NCBI GenBank assembly: GCA_963169535.1
Contig: CAUJED010000118.1
Span: forward strand, 22,834-86,833
DNA from: Bacteroidota bacterium
GTDB taxonomy: Bacteria; Bacteroidota; Bacteroidia; Flavobacteriales_F; PHOS-HE28
Direction: 5' to 3'
Length of the DNA: 64,000 bases
The notes beneath the pieces were generated by a model. The model searched no databases, was not told the origin of the DNA, and was given only the letters and a program-made list of their open reading frames with translations. Below are positions 39,913 to 49,775 of this stretch, in pieces (the stretch's first letter is position 1; each line of letters begins with the position of its first letter). The position numbers and the translations under genes are program-made.

Positions 39913-40467
39913 TCAAAGCTTGGTGTAGGTGAGGTCCACGGTCACCTTCATCTGTTCCGCGATGTTCTTCCGCACGACCCCGGGGATCTCGATGCCATGA
40001 TCCTCCGGCTTCACATGGAAGACACTATGGGCCTTGATGGTGCCATCCGCCTCCACGGTCATGGTGCCTTGGGTCTGGATGGGCTTGGTGACGCCATGGA
40101 TGGTAAGGTCGCCGGAGACCGCGACCGTGTAAGCCCCGGGCTTCTTCAGGTCGGCAAGAGCGACACCCTCCACTTTGCCCTTGAAACCAGCCTTGGGGAA
40201 CGTTCCGCTCTCCATGTAATTCTCGTTGAAGTGCTCCTGCATGAGGGCCTTCTCGAACTCGAAGGCGCGGACCAAGGCTTCGAACTGGATGGCTCCGGTG
40301 GTCGCGTCGAACACACTGGTAACCTTCCGGTTGTCCGCTTCGATATTCTCCACTGGAGTTCCGGAGAAGAAGTGGATATGGCCGTTGCGTGTGGCGAATC
40401 GTTCCTGTGCCGACAATAAGGAGGGCAGCAGTGCCGCTGCGATGGCGAGGGATCTCAAGTTCTTCAT
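39913..40467 (-). CDS. YceI family periplasmic (polyisoprenoid-binding) protein
   Basis: Signal peptide, and YceI core motifs (HFFSGTPVENIEADNRKV..., GDLTIHGVTKPI). Confidence 0.7.
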   Translation of the reverse strand: MKNLRSLAIAAALLPSLLSAQERFATRNGHIHFFSGTPVENIEADNRKVTSVFDATTGAIQFEALVRAFEFEKALMQEHFNENYMESGTFPKAGFKGKVEGVALADLKKPGAYTVAVSGDLTIHGVTKPIQTQGTMTVEADGTIKAHSVFHVKPEDHGIEIPGVVRKNIAEQMKVTVDLTYTKL

Positions 40468-40503
40468 GGTCGTTATCAGTGTTCAGGTTCAGGTTCAGAT
40501 CGA

Positions 40504-40926
40504 TCACGCCGCGATGCAACGCATCAACACCACATCCAGTAGGAAACCGGTGCAAACGCCCCGCACGCTCACCTCATCGCCTTCGTGCCAGTGCGCTGGC
40601 AGGTCGCTATCAGGGAACTCGCAAAGGACACCGGCCAGTGCATCACCGGTCTCGAGCACCACGTTGGTGATACCACTTCCCATCGGTGCGATGCTGCGAA
40701 TGGTGCCACGTACCTCCACCACCTGTTCGGTGGCTCCCACATAGCGGCGGGTGGCAGCTGCCTCATCCGCTTGGAAATCCGCGAGCAGCTGGGCTGCCGT
40801 CACCGTCACCACCACGGGCCGTGTTCCGGTGGCGGCGACACCACGATCGTACTCACGATAAGCTACCATGGCTGCCACCACGAGGAGTGCGGCCACTAAG
40901 GTCCAAAGAAGCTTTCTGCGGTTCAT
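40504..40926 (-). CDS. Membrane-anchored OB-fold (tRNA_anti-like/BOF-type) hypothetical protein
   Basis: About 141 aa with an N-terminal TM anchor followed by a small beta-rich domain. The family assignment is tentative. Confidence 0.35.
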   Translation of the reverse strand: MNRRKLLWTLVAALLVVAAMVAYREYDRGVAATGTRPVVVTVTAAQLLADFQADEAAATRRYVGATEQVVEVRGTIRSIAPMGSGITNVVLETGDALAGVLCEFPDSDLPAHWHEGDEVSVRGVCTGFLLDVVLMRCIAA

Positions 40927-40933
40927 GGTCCGT

Positions 40934-41287
40934 TCAGTTCGGAGCCCCGGCATCGACCCAGGCTTGGAGTTTTTGGATCTCGCATGCGGACAGTGCGCCG
41001 CCCTGCGGCATGCTGCGCGAAACCAGCACCAACTGCTGGAAAGAGCCATTGTCCACGGTGGCCTTCACCGCCGCGTACGTGCGCAGATCCCCAGGCCCCT
41101 GCCCGCCGGGAAGGTGGCAGTTCGCGCAGCGTGTGGCGATGATGGGCTCGATGGTGGAGGCCCAATAGCCCGGGGTCGTGGCACTACCGGGGTCGCAAGC
41201 ACCCGGATACAGGAGCTCCTCCTTGTCGTAGTAGCAACCACCCAGGCACAGAGCGAGGAGGTAGGCGGGGATCATCGAACGGCACAT
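40934..41287 (-). CDS. Small lipoprotein with a single CXXCH motif (PSCyt1-like domain)
   Basis: Lipobox (LLALCLGGC). CANCH heme-binding motif at codons 54-58. C-terminal segment ...LSACEIQKLQAWVDAGAPN. Confidence 0.5.
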   Translation of the reverse strand: MCRSMIPAYLLALCLGGCYYDKEELLYPGACDPGSATTPGYWASTIEPIIATRCANCHLPGGQGPGDLRTYAAVKATVDNGSFQQLVLVSRSMPQGGALSACEIQKLQAWVDAGAPN

Positions 41288-41290
41288 GGC

Positions 41291-42001
41291 TCAATTGTTG
41301 GGCGCACCATCTTCGATCCAGATCAGGAACTGGCGGATCCGGCAGTCGGGCAAGGGGGTGGTGTACGGAGGCATGGCAGCGACACCCGGCAGGTGCTGTA
41401 TGGCGGCGGCCAAACGCCCATCCATGGCCACGCTGTTCAACACATCCCAGCTGCCCAGGTGGAGACCACCCTGCGGTGAGCCACCGCCATGGCAACCACC
41501 ACAGCGTTGGGCCACCAGGGGGGCGATGGTAGCGGTGTAGGTGACATTCACCGTGTCGCAGGCGGCATCCGCACAGGAATTGTTCCGCGCTCCCTGCACC
41601 AACCAGCGTCGGATCAGGTCCTTCTGTTCCGTGGTGAGCGCGCTCTGCGGTGGCGGTGGCATCCGATCGTCCGGATCGGGATCGTTGATCACCTCCCATA
41701 GATCACTGTCAAGGGGATCGGCCACACGGATGATGTCACTGTTCATCAACGTGGCATAGCTCGTGATCTCAATGCCGCGGTTATCATCGGTGGCCGTGTT
41801 GTGGCAGCCCGGCACGGCACAGTTGGAGACCAGCAGCGGCAGCACCTGTTGATCGAAGAACACCGAGTCGGGATCACAGGTGCCCCCGCTCCCACCTTGA
41901 CCATTGCCACCATCCGGCTCATCCGGCATCAGCAGCGGTTCGTGCACACAGCCTCCCAATACCACCACCGCCACGAGGGCCACCCACACGGACGTGCGCA
42001 T
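41291..42001 (-). CDS. Lipoprotein with two tandem PSCyt1-like (planctomycete cytochrome c-type) domains
   Basis: Lipobox (VVVLGGC). Two repeats each end in ...DPxxRMPP...W(L/I)xxGAxNN. The second repeat carries a canonical CGGCH. The first carries a CAVPGCH (CX4CH) variant. Confidence 0.5.
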   Translation of the reverse strand: MRTSVWVALVAVVVLGGCVHEPLLMPDEPDGGNGQGGSGGTCDPDSVFFDQQVLPLLVSNCAVPGCHNTATDDNRGIEITSYATLMNSDIIRVADPLDSDLWEVINDPDPDDRMPPPPQSALTTEQKDLIRRWLVQGARNNSCADAACDTVNVTYTATIAPLVAQRCGGCHGGGSPQGGLHLGSWDVLNSVAMDGRLAAAIQHLPGVAAMPPYTTPLPDCRIRQFLIWIEDGAPNN

Positions 42002-42203
42002 GATGCTGGTCGGTCGGCGATATGAGGTGGATGGTCGCATGCGATGCTCCTTGATGATCCGCAGGACAAAACTATCCCCGGCTGGTAACGGAGACCGGTC
42101 GAAACCGACGAGTCGGGAAAATGGGCCGATGGACCGGGAAGGGAACAGCACTTGAGCCGAACGAGGTGGTGTAGCGATGTATCGCGTCCTGGACCTGGCC
42201 CGG

Positions 42204-42959
42204 CTACTCCCCAGCCAGCCACCGCTTGAACGCGGCCGACCGTTCACTGCTCACGATGGCATCCTCATCGTACGGCGGATCCAGCAACACTTTCACCCTG
42301 CTCTTGCTATAAGCCAGCAGCTCCTTGATGCTGTCCACCTGCACGATCAACTGCCGGTTCAAGCGGATGAAGCGAGCGGAGTCCAGTTGTTTCTCCAAGC
42401 GATCCAGGCTTTCTTCCAGCGGCAGGTCGCGGCCTTCGCGGGTGCGCAGGAAGGTGTTCTTCTGCAACGAATGGATGTAGGCGATCCGCGCTGGTTCCAC
42501 CAGTTTGAAGTGATCGCCGTAGCGGATCAGGAAGCGTTTCACCGGCACATGAACAGGAGCACCGGAGTGGGCCGTACGTTCCAGCACCGCATGATCGCGA
42601 ACCACACCACCCTTCTGTGCACGTTGTAACGCTTCGGCCAGCTCGGCCTTCTTCAGCGGTTTCAGCAGGTAGTCGATGGCGTTCACCCGGAAGGCCTGTA
42701 AGGCGTACGTGTCGAACGCGGTGGCGAACACCACGGGGAAATCCACCTCCACCTGCCGGAAGATGTCGAAGCCATCGCCATCGGCCAACTGCACATCGAA
42801 GAAGGCGAGATCCGGTGCGGGGTTGGTCTTGATCCATGCAACGGCATCGCGCACCGTAGGCAGGTCGGCCACCACGCGCACGGAGGGATCGATCTCCAAC
42901 AGCAACTTCCGCATGCGGGCCACCGCTGCGGCCTCGTCCTCAATGAGCAGGATATCCAT
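42204..42959 (-). CDS. LytTR-family two-component response regulator
   Basis: Receiver domain (MDILLIEDE...D...) followed by a C-terminal LytTR DNA-binding domain. 20-nt overlap with the kinase gene. Confidence 0.8.
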   Translation of the reverse strand: MDILLIEDEAAAVARMRKLLLEIDPSVRVVADLPTVRDAVAWIKTNPAPDLAFFDVQLADGDGFDIFRQVEVDFPVVFATAFDTYALQAFRVNAIDYLLKPLKKAELAEALQRAQKGGVVRDHAVLERTAHSGAPVHVPVKRFLIRYGDHFKLVEPARIAYIHSLQKNTFLRTREGRDLPLEESLDRLEKQLDSARFIRLNRQLIVQVDSIKELLAYSKSRVKVLLDPPYDEDAIVSSERSAAFKRWLAGE

Positions 42960-45753
42960 CGTGTTCGATCAGGGGGATCCGTACTACGAACCATCCATCC
43001 ACACGTTCAACCACCACAGCCTGTGAGTTGATGGCCGTATACTGCTTGCGGATGCTTTCAAGGCCGAAGCCTGTGGAGCGCACGGCGGTGACGCGCGGAC
43101 GGATCGGATTACGCACCACCACCTCCTCATCTTCCACGGTAACGTGTATCGCGAGCGGCTCGTGCATGGTCGCTGCGTTATGCTTCAGAGCGTTCTCCAC
43201 GAGCATCTGGAGCGTCAACGGTACGATAGCGCGGCCATCCGCACCGTGCTCCATGTGGACGAACAGGGCGATGGCCTTACCGAAACGGCGCTGTTCAAGG
43301 TTGAAATAGCTGTGCAACAGCTCCAATTCCTCTTGCAACGGGATCAACTCCTTGTCGCGCACCAGCACGATGTTGCGGAAGAAGGTGCTCAGGTCCTCCA
43401 CGTGCTCCACCGCACTACCCGGTTCGGTCTCGATCAGGGCCACCAGGGTATTGAAGCTGTTGAAAAGGAAATGGGGATCCACCTGGCTACGCAACGCCTC
43501 GAGTTGGAAGCGCACCTTCTCCTGGGCCGACCGTTCGCGATCGCGCAGGCGACGTTCGCGGGTGCGCACCACCGCCACCAACAAGCCGGTGGCCACCAGC
43601 GCCAACACACCGATGACCCAGGGTTGGCGCCACCATGGCGGGGCGATATGGATGATGATGGTACGCCATTCGGTATCGGCCGTGGGTTCGCCGATGAAGG
43701 CCCGGATCCGGATCCGATGCGTGCCCGGCGCGAGTCCGGCGAACGCGAGCTCCCGGTCGCGTGTGCGCAACACCTCGCCCTCGTCACCAGCAGCGTATTC
43801 GAACCGCAGTGCACCGGGATCCGGATAGTAAAGGCCGGTGAGCTGGATGGTGACACTGTTGCGATCATGCGTGGTGTGCACCACATCCGTGGGTGGCACA
43901 TTCTCACCCCCTACCAGAACGCCAGTGATCACCACGGGGATACGCGCGTCGAAATGGTCGTCGTTCAAACGCATACGTACCAGTCCTTCATTGCATGCGA
44001 ACCAGATCGTTCCGTCGGGTGTGCGGGCCACGGTGTTGAGCTCCGCGCTGATACCCTGTGTGCCCAGGCGCGCAGTAAGGTCGACCCACGCGCCGGAGCG
44101 CGGATCCAAGGCCATAGTGGCCCGCTCGCCCAGCACCAGAAGCCGCCCGCGGGTGGAGGCCAGGGCATACACATCACCCGCGAAGAGCGGCAATTCCGCG
44201 CCGAAGCAGGCCACCGCGCCCGGGGACAGCCTGCATACCCCCGCACCAGGCCCCATGGCCCAGGGTCGTGCCTGATCATCCGTTACCAGGGAATAGAAGG
44301 TCCGTGCCTCAGTGGGCAGGGGTGTGGCCGTGTCCGATGCAAAGGCCAGTACACCATGGCCATCGGTCGCCACCAGCGCGTGTCCCTGGCCAGTAGGCAA
44401 CACGTCGAAGGTGAATCCTATGGTGCCTTCCACCGGCTTGAACCCACTTCCGTTCCACAACGAAGCGCCATCGAGGGTGGCGAACCACACCGAGTCGCCA
44501 TCGGCCCGGGCGGCCAGCACATTGAGGTTGTGCGGACCATCGACACCGCTAAAATGCCGTACGGTACCATTCGGTGCCATGGCCACCACCCCACTGCCGA
44601 AGGTGGCGGCCCAGATGGTGCCATTGCGGGTGGCCGCCAAGGAGACCACCGGCGTACGGGGATCGAGGTCCACAGGTACACGTTGGAAAGGAGTGTTGCC
44701 GTTGAAGACCAGCGGATGGTGATGGATGCCCGACGGAGTGGCCACCCAGATCCGGTCCTTGGTGGTGCAGAGCGCGGAAACCTTCCGAAGGTCTAGGCCT
44801 GCGAACGAAGGGAGATACAAGATCGCCGGATCGGCACGATGGATCCGGTCGGTGCCATCGCACCACCACATGGCCCCTTGTCGATCACGCCAGAAAGCCA
44901 TGATGGCCCCTGTGGGCGATGGTTGATGATGGATGCCCGCATCAGGGTCAAGTTCCACTACGACCACTCCACTGGTGTCCGTGCCGACCCAGAGCCGGTG
45001 CTCTTCCACCGCCACCCGTGTCACAGGCCCGTATGGCCAAGCGCCGTTCAGCAGTGGCACCACTTCTGCCGTGCCGGGCTTCCAGCGGAACACGCCACGC
45101 GCATCGGTGCCTCCCACCACCGAACCGTCGGGCAGCACCGCCAGCGCCATCACCAGGTTATCCGGGGCACCGGACCGCTCATCGAGCACGTGCTCCACTC
45201 CCTTATCCGATACCACGGCCAAGCCCTGGTCGGTGGCCACCACCACGCGCCGATCATCCAGCGCCGCGATATCATTCACATGCACATCGGGTAGGCCGGC
45301 TGTGAAGGGGGATCGTTCCACCACCCCTGCCCGAAGGCGGAAGACGCCGGCACCATACGTTCCCAACCACAAGGCGCCATCCGCCGTGCGCGTCATGGAA
45401 CGCACCGGAGCCGCCACCAGCTCTGGTACCGCAGGCAGCGTATCGCACACGCCGGCCGCACACCGCACCAAGGCACCTGTGGCAAAAGCGATGTAGACCT
45501 CGCCTCCATGCGCGAACATCGCATTCACCTGACCGGTCTCCGTCCGGAACATGGGTTCCACCCGCTCCCCATCGGTACGCAACACACCCAGGTCGGACCC
45601 GGCCCATAGCAGGCCTAGGCTGTCCTGGACCAGATGGCTGATGCGCGGTTGGCGCTGGCCCGCATCCACCTCCAGCGTACGGTGGAAGGGGAATTGGGCC
45701 TGGATCTCCAGCGACAGGAGCAACAGGAGCAATGATCCACTCCAGCGCGTCAT
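42940..45753 (-). CDS. Sensor histidine kinase: periplasmic two-component-regulator beta-propeller plus Y_Y_Y, TM, LytS-type His_kinase/HATPase
   Basis: 937 aa. Signal peptide and long propeller repeats (GxLW, G...W patterns). A TM helix is followed by the C-terminal LytS-type kinase core (HFLFNSFNTLVALIE..., NALKHN). Confidence 0.75.
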   Translation of the reverse strand: MTRWSGSLLLLLLSLEIQAQFPFHRTLEVDAGQRQPRISHLVQDSLGLLWAGSDLGVLRTDGERVEPMFRTETGQVNAMFAHGGEVYIAFATGALVRCAAGVCDTLPAVPELVAAPVRSMTRTADGALWLGTYGAGVFRLRAGVVERSPFTAGLPDVHVNDIAALDDRRVVVATDQGLAVVSDKGVEHVLDERSGAPDNLVMALAVLPDGSVVGGTDARGVFRWKPGTAEVVPLLNGAWPYGPVTRVAVEEHRLWVGTDTSGVVVVELDPDAGIHHQPSPTGAIMAFWRDRQGAMWWCDGTDRIHRADPAILYLPSFAGLDLRKVSALCTTKDRIWVATPSGIHHHPLVFNGNTPFQRVPVDLDPRTPVVSLAATRNGTIWAATFGSGVVAMAPNGTVRHFSGVDGPHNLNVLAARADGDSVWFATLDGASLWNGSGFKPVEGTIGFTFDVLPTGQGHALVATDGHGVLAFASDTATPLPTEARTFYSLVTDDQARPWAMGPGAGVCRLSPGAVACFGAELPLFAGDVYALASTRGRLLVLGERATMALDPRSGAWVDLTARLGTQGISAELNTVARTPDGTIWFACNEGLVRMRLNDDHFDARIPVVITGVLVGGENVPPTDVVHTTHDRNSVTIQLTGLYYPDPGALRFEYAAGDEGEVLRTRDRELAFAGLAPGTHRIRIRAFIGEPTADTEWRTIIIHIAPPWWRQPWVIGVLALVATGLLVAVVRTRERRLRDRERSAQEKVRFQLEALRSQVDPHFLFNSFNTLVALIETEPGSAVEHVEDLSTFFRNIVLVRDKELIPLQEELELLHSYFNLEQRRFGKAIALFVHMEHGADGRAIVPLTLQMLVENALKHNAATMHEPLAIHVTVEDEEVVVRNPIRPRVTAVRSTGFGLESIRKQYTAINSQAVVVERVDGWFVVRIPLIEHDGYPAH

Positions 45754-46319
45754 CGTGCTGCGGCGGGTGCTTTGAACAGGGCATCCACCTTCACCCGCAC
45801 CACCGGAGCCACCTTCTGCTGCACCACCCTTGGGATCCGGATACCATGCTCATCCACCGCCACATCGAAATCGCTCGACACGCGGATGCCATCCCTGGCC
45901 ACCACCACCTCGCAGGGGATGATACGCTCCTTCTTCACCCCATGGATCACAAGGTCGCCCTTGGCCCGTACGCCATATCGCCCGGGGGTGGTGAGATCCA
46001 CGGACTCGATCAGGCGCCCTGCGAAGGTGGCGTTCGCGTGCGTCCGGGAATCCATATAGTTCTCGTTGAAGTGCTCACGTTGCAACGGAGAATTGAACCC
46101 TTCGAACTCCGCCATGGGGATCTGCACGGCGAATGCCCGCGAGCCCAGGTCCAGCACACCCGCCGCGCCTTCATTGGTCGCTTCGATGTGCTCCAACGGG
46201 GCCTCGCTCACGAAAGTGATCAACGACCGGCTCAACTTCCAGCGCATCGTATCCTGGGCCATGAGGGTGGCCTGGGCGAACAAGAGCCAAAGAAGAGTAG
46301 TGGTGCGCATACTTCTCAA
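45750..46319 (-). CDS. YceI family periplasmic protein (second paralogue)
   Basis: Signal peptide (MRTTTLLWLLFAQATLMAQ) and a YceI-like core (GDLVIHGVKKERI). Confidence 0.65.
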   Translation of the reverse strand: MRSMRTTTLLWLLFAQATLMAQDTMRWKLSRSLITFVSEAPLEHIEATNEGAAGVLDLGSRAFAVQIPMAEFEGFNSPLQREHFNENYMDSRTHANATFAGRLIESVDLTTPGRYGVRAKGDLVIHGVKKERIIPCEVVVARDGIRVSSDFDVAVDEHGIRIPRVVQQKVAPVVRVKVDALFKAPAAAR

Positions 46320-46428
46320 AAGCGGATCACCGGTTCAAACAGGGGCCGCGCGGTCCCAGGACCAGTGGCCCATGAACAACGCGGCCTGACGACAAAGAAG
46401 CCCGACCTTGACAAGGTACGGGCTTCGC

Positions 46429-46518
46429 TGGCGGAGAGGGAGGGATTCGAACCCCCGGTGCCCTTGCGAGCACTTCTGTTTTCGAGACAGACCCGTTCGA
46501 CCACTCCGGCACCTCTCC
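46429..46518 (-). tRNA. tRNA-Ser (anticodon CGA), type II with long variable arm, CCA encoded
   Basis: The reverse complement folds with acceptor GGAGAGG/CCTCTCC, anticodon stem TCTGT/ACAGA and loop CTCGAAA. It has an 18-nt variable arm, a GGTTCGAATCC T-loop, discriminator G and CCA. Confidence 0.85.
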
Positions 46519-46613
46519 TGGATCCCCCGCCCCGGAGTGCGGCAGAGGGGCGGCAAAGATAGACGGCGCAACGAACCGACGAGGTACCGAACTTGGTCCC
46601 CAAAGCCGAACCC

Positions 46614-47105
46614 ATGTCCACCGAAGCCCAAGTACTCGCCCATACCATGGAAAAGACCCGTGAATACACGCGGATGTACCTTGATAAGTTGGTCGACCAG
46701 GACCCGCACCGGCGCTTCGTTTGCGAGGGCAAGGAACTGAACACGGTATACTGGCTCGTGGCCCACATCGCATCCACACAGAATGGTCTGCTGTTGATGG
46801 CCACGGATGGCCCGTTCGAGAAATTCTCCTGGGCCAAACACTTCGGGCGCAGCAGTGCCGGGCTGCCGCCGGAGCAATGTCCGCCCTTCGCCGAGGTGCT
46901 CGGTACGTTCCATCGGATCCACGACAAGGCCATCGCGCACATCGCCAGCTTATCCGGATCCGCACTTACAGGGCCGAACCGCACGGGCATCGCGATCATC
47001 GGCACCACGGTCCGTGATGTCATCGTACACGCCATTCGCCACGAAGGCCTCCATACCGGCCACCTGAGCTGGCTGTGCAAACTCTACGGGATCAAGACCA
47101 TGTGA
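46614..47105 (+). CDS. DinB/YfiT-like (DinB_2) family protein
   Basis: About 163 aa with a four-helix-bundle metalloprotein-like pattern (three His: WLVAHIA..., HAIRHEGLHTGHL). Confidence 0.5.
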   Translation: MSTEAQVLAHTMEKTREYTRMYLDKLVDQDPHRRFVCEGKELNTVYWLVAHIASTQNGLLLMATDGPFEKFSWAKHFGRSSAGLPPEQCPPFAEVLGTFHRIHDKAIAHIASLSGSALTGPNRTGIAIIGTTVRDVIVHAIRHEGLHTGHLSWLCKLYGIKTM

Positions 47106-47328
47106 CCCGAGGCTGAAGCGATCGCCTTTGCACTTCCTTGGTACGGGAAGGTTCCAGCATGGAAACCTCGGATCATACCATTGGGACATTCACGGACCGG
47201 ATCGATACCAAGGGTATCATCCGTGTCATAAGTGGTTCTCCGATCCCGTGAAACGCGCCTTCAGCCGAATGAAAAAGACCCGGCAGCCCTGCCCGATACC
47301 CTGAACAGACGGGGCTACCGGCCTACTT

Positions 47329-48672
47329 TTGCCAGCCAATATCCGGCCCATGGCATACCGCGCACCGATAGATCGTATTCGCCAACCGTTCGATGCCGTG
47401 CTCGGGGCGCAAACCTCGGGAGGGGTACTGCTGTTCATCGCCACGGTGGTGGCCATGGTATGGGCCAACTCTCCCTGGGCCGAGAGCTATCATCACCTGT
47501 GGGCGCAGCACATCGTGGTGGGCAATGAAACGTGGCGGCTTGACCTGAGCCTTCACCACTGGATCAACGACGGCTTGATGGCGATGTTCTTCTTCGTGGT
47601 CGGGTTGGAGTTGAAACGCGAAATGGTGGCGGGTGAGCTATCCCGGCCACGCGATGCCATGTTGCCCCTGGCAGCGGCGCTGGGGGGGATGATCGTGCCG
47701 GCATTGATCTACCTGGCGCAGAACCCCAGCGGTCCGGCCCACGCCGGGTGGGGGATCCCCATGGCCACGGACATCGCCTTCGCCCTGGGTCTGATGGCAC
47801 TATTGGGGAACCGGGTACCCGTGGCGCTCAAGATCTTCTTAACGACCCTAGCGGTGGCCGACGACCTGGGTGCCGTGTTGGTGATCGCCCTGTTCTACAC
47901 CTCGGACATCTCGGTGCTCAACCTGGCCCTGGGTGCGGGGATCCTGGGGGTGATGTGGGTAGGGAACCGTTATGGCGTACGCAGCCCATGGTTCTATGCC
48001 TTCTTCGGGATCGGCGGTGTTTGGACCGCATTCCTCATGAGCGGGGTGCACGCCACCATCGCCGGAGTGCTGGCCGCCTTCGTGATCCCCGCCAAGCCCA
48101 AGGTGAGCGAAATGGTCTTCGTCCGCACCATGCGGCGTCTCCTGTACCGTTACGAACGGCACGACCCGGGCAGCAAGGGATTGCGCACAGCGGACCAACT
48201 GCACGAACTGGACCGGATGAGCCGACTTGGTGAGTACGCCAGCACGCCGCTTCAGCAGCTCGAGCATACCCTTCACCCCTTGGTGACCTTCGTAGTCCTA
48301 CCCTTGTTCGCGCTGGCCAACGCGGGTGTTGCGCTTCCCGCCGACCTGGCCGGCGCACTGGGCACCCCGGTGGCCATGGGGGTAGGGCTCGGTCTGTTGC
48401 TGGGCAAACCCATCGGTGTCATGCTGGCTTCATACCTGATGGTACGTTTCGCAGGTGCGCGGCTGGGCACCGGGGTGACCTGGAGACACATGATCGGCGC
48501 GGGCATCCTCGCGGGTATCGGATTCACCATGTCGTTATTCGTGAACGAGCTCGCGTTCGCCGACGAAGTACTTCGGCAAGAGGCGAAACTGGGCGTGCTC
48601 TGTGCCTCACTACTGGCGGGCATCCTGGGCTACGTTTGGCTGGTGCGCACACCGAAGAAGGAGGCCGCCTGA
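47329..48672 (+). CDS. nhaA: Na+/H+ antiporter NhaA
   Basis: Conserved NhaA segments are present (WINDGLMAMFFF, LAVADDLGAV, the two crossing helices). Confidence 0.85.
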   Translation: MPANIRPMAYRAPIDRIRQPFDAVLGAQTSGGVLLFIATVVAMVWANSPWAESYHHLWAQHIVVGNETWRLDLSLHHWINDGLMAMFFFVVGLELKREMVAGELSRPRDAMLPLAAALGGMIVPALIYLAQNPSGPAHAGWGIPMATDIAFALGLMALLGNRVPVALKIFLTTLAVADDLGAVLVIALFYTSDISVLNLALGAGILGVMWVGNRYGVRSPWFYAFFGIGGVWTAFLMSGVHATIAGVLAAFVIPAKPKVSEMVFVRTMRRLLYRYERHDPGSKGLRTADQLHELDRMSRLGEYASTPLQQLEHTLHPLVTFVVLPLFALANAGVALPADLAGALGTPVAMGVGLGLLLGKPIGVMLASYLMVRFAGARLGTGVTWRHMIGAGILAGIGFTMSLFVNELAFADEVLRQEAKLGVLCASLLAGILGYVWLVRTPKKEAA

Positions 48673-48697
48673 GCACTTTCCCTCCTCCATACAGCCG

Positions 48698-49729
48698 ATG
48701 AACGACCGTGCATCACAGCACTTACGGTCCATCCGCTTACAAGCGATGGTACTCTGCGTAGGCGTGGTGCTCATGGTCGTGAAATTCATCGCATGGCGAT
48801 ACACCGGAAGCAACACGATCCTGAGCGACGCCCTCGAAAGCATCGTTAACGTGGTGGCGGGAGGGATCACGCTTTACAGCCTGATGCTCACCGCGAAACC
48901 GCGTGACGAAAGCCATCCATACGGCCACGGCAAGGTGGAGTTCTTGAGCGCTGGAGCCGAAGGTGGCTTGGTCGTGTTGGCAGGCGGCTTCATCATCTGG
49001 AGCGCCGTGAGTTCACTGCTCCATCCTATACCGTTACAGGAGCTGGACATCGGCATGCTGCTCACCGGTGCCACAGGCGGCATCAACCTGGCCATGGGAC
49101 TGGTTCTACGAGCCCGTGGGCGCCGGGTACGATCCATCGCCATGGAGGCGGGCGGCGAACACCTGTTGAGTGATGCATGGAGCACAGCAGCGATGCTCGG
49201 TGGGCTGCTGCTGATCAAGGTCACCGGCAACTTCTGGCTCGACCCCGTCCTGGCGATCGCGTTCGCCATTCACCTCCTCCTCACCGGTCTTCGCATCTTG
49301 CGTCGGTCCATCGCCGGCATCATGGACGAAGCCGACCTTGATCTTGCCGCACGGCTCATCGCCGTACTTGATGACCACCGTCGGCCGCAATGGGTGGATG
49401 TGCACAACTTCCGCATGATCAAGTATGGCTCCGTGCTCCATATCGACTGCCATGTGACACTACCATGGTACTACGACCTGGAACAAGCGCATAGCGAGAT
49501 CAGCGAGATCGGATCCCTGATGGATCGGCAAGGCGAACAGGAGGTCGAGCTCTTCATCCATGTGGACCCGTGCATCCCCACCAGTTGCACGATCTGCTCC
49601 CTGGCCAATTGCCCAAAGCGTGATGCCGAACGAACGCACCACGTACCCTGGCGGCTGGAAACCGTGCTGCGCAACGCCAAGCACAACGCAGCGAATGCCT
49701 CAATGGCTGGAACGATACACGGCGCGTGA
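48698..49729 (+). CDS. Cation diffusion facilitator (CDF) family metal efflux transporter
   Basis: Six TM helices with the CDF signature (SDALESIVNVVAG...HGKVEFLSAG), plus a C-terminal cytoplasmic domain. The start is at MNDRAS, an internal Met of the tracked ORF. Confidence 0.75.
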   Translation: MNDRASQHLRSIRLQAMVLCVGVVLMVVKFIAWRYTGSNTILSDALESIVNVVAGGITLYSLMLTAKPRDESHPYGHGKVEFLSAGAEGGLVVLAGGFIIWSAVSSLLHPIPLQELDIGMLLTGATGGINLAMGLVLRARGRRVRSIAMEAGGEHLLSDAWSTAAMLGGLLLIKVTGNFWLDPVLAIAFAIHLLLTGLRILRRSIAGIMDEADLDLAARLIAVLDDHRRPQWVDVHNFRMIKYGSVLHIDCHVTLPWYYDLEQAHSEISEIGSLMDRQGEQEVELFIHVDPCIPTSCTICSLANCPKRDAERTHHVPWRLETVLRNAKHNAANASMAGTIHGA

Positions 49730-49775
49730 CCACACCCTGCCCCGGGAACAACAAAGCCCCTTGCGGGGCTTTGGG

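Noticed and set aside
43144-44796. 550-aa plus-strand ORF
   Set aside because: It is antisense to the propeller histidine kinase gene. Artefact.
46408-46740. 110-aa plus-strand ORF
   Set aside because: It overlaps the tRNA-Ser gene (46429-46518) on the opposite strand and continues into the DinB-like gene leader. It has no coding signature.
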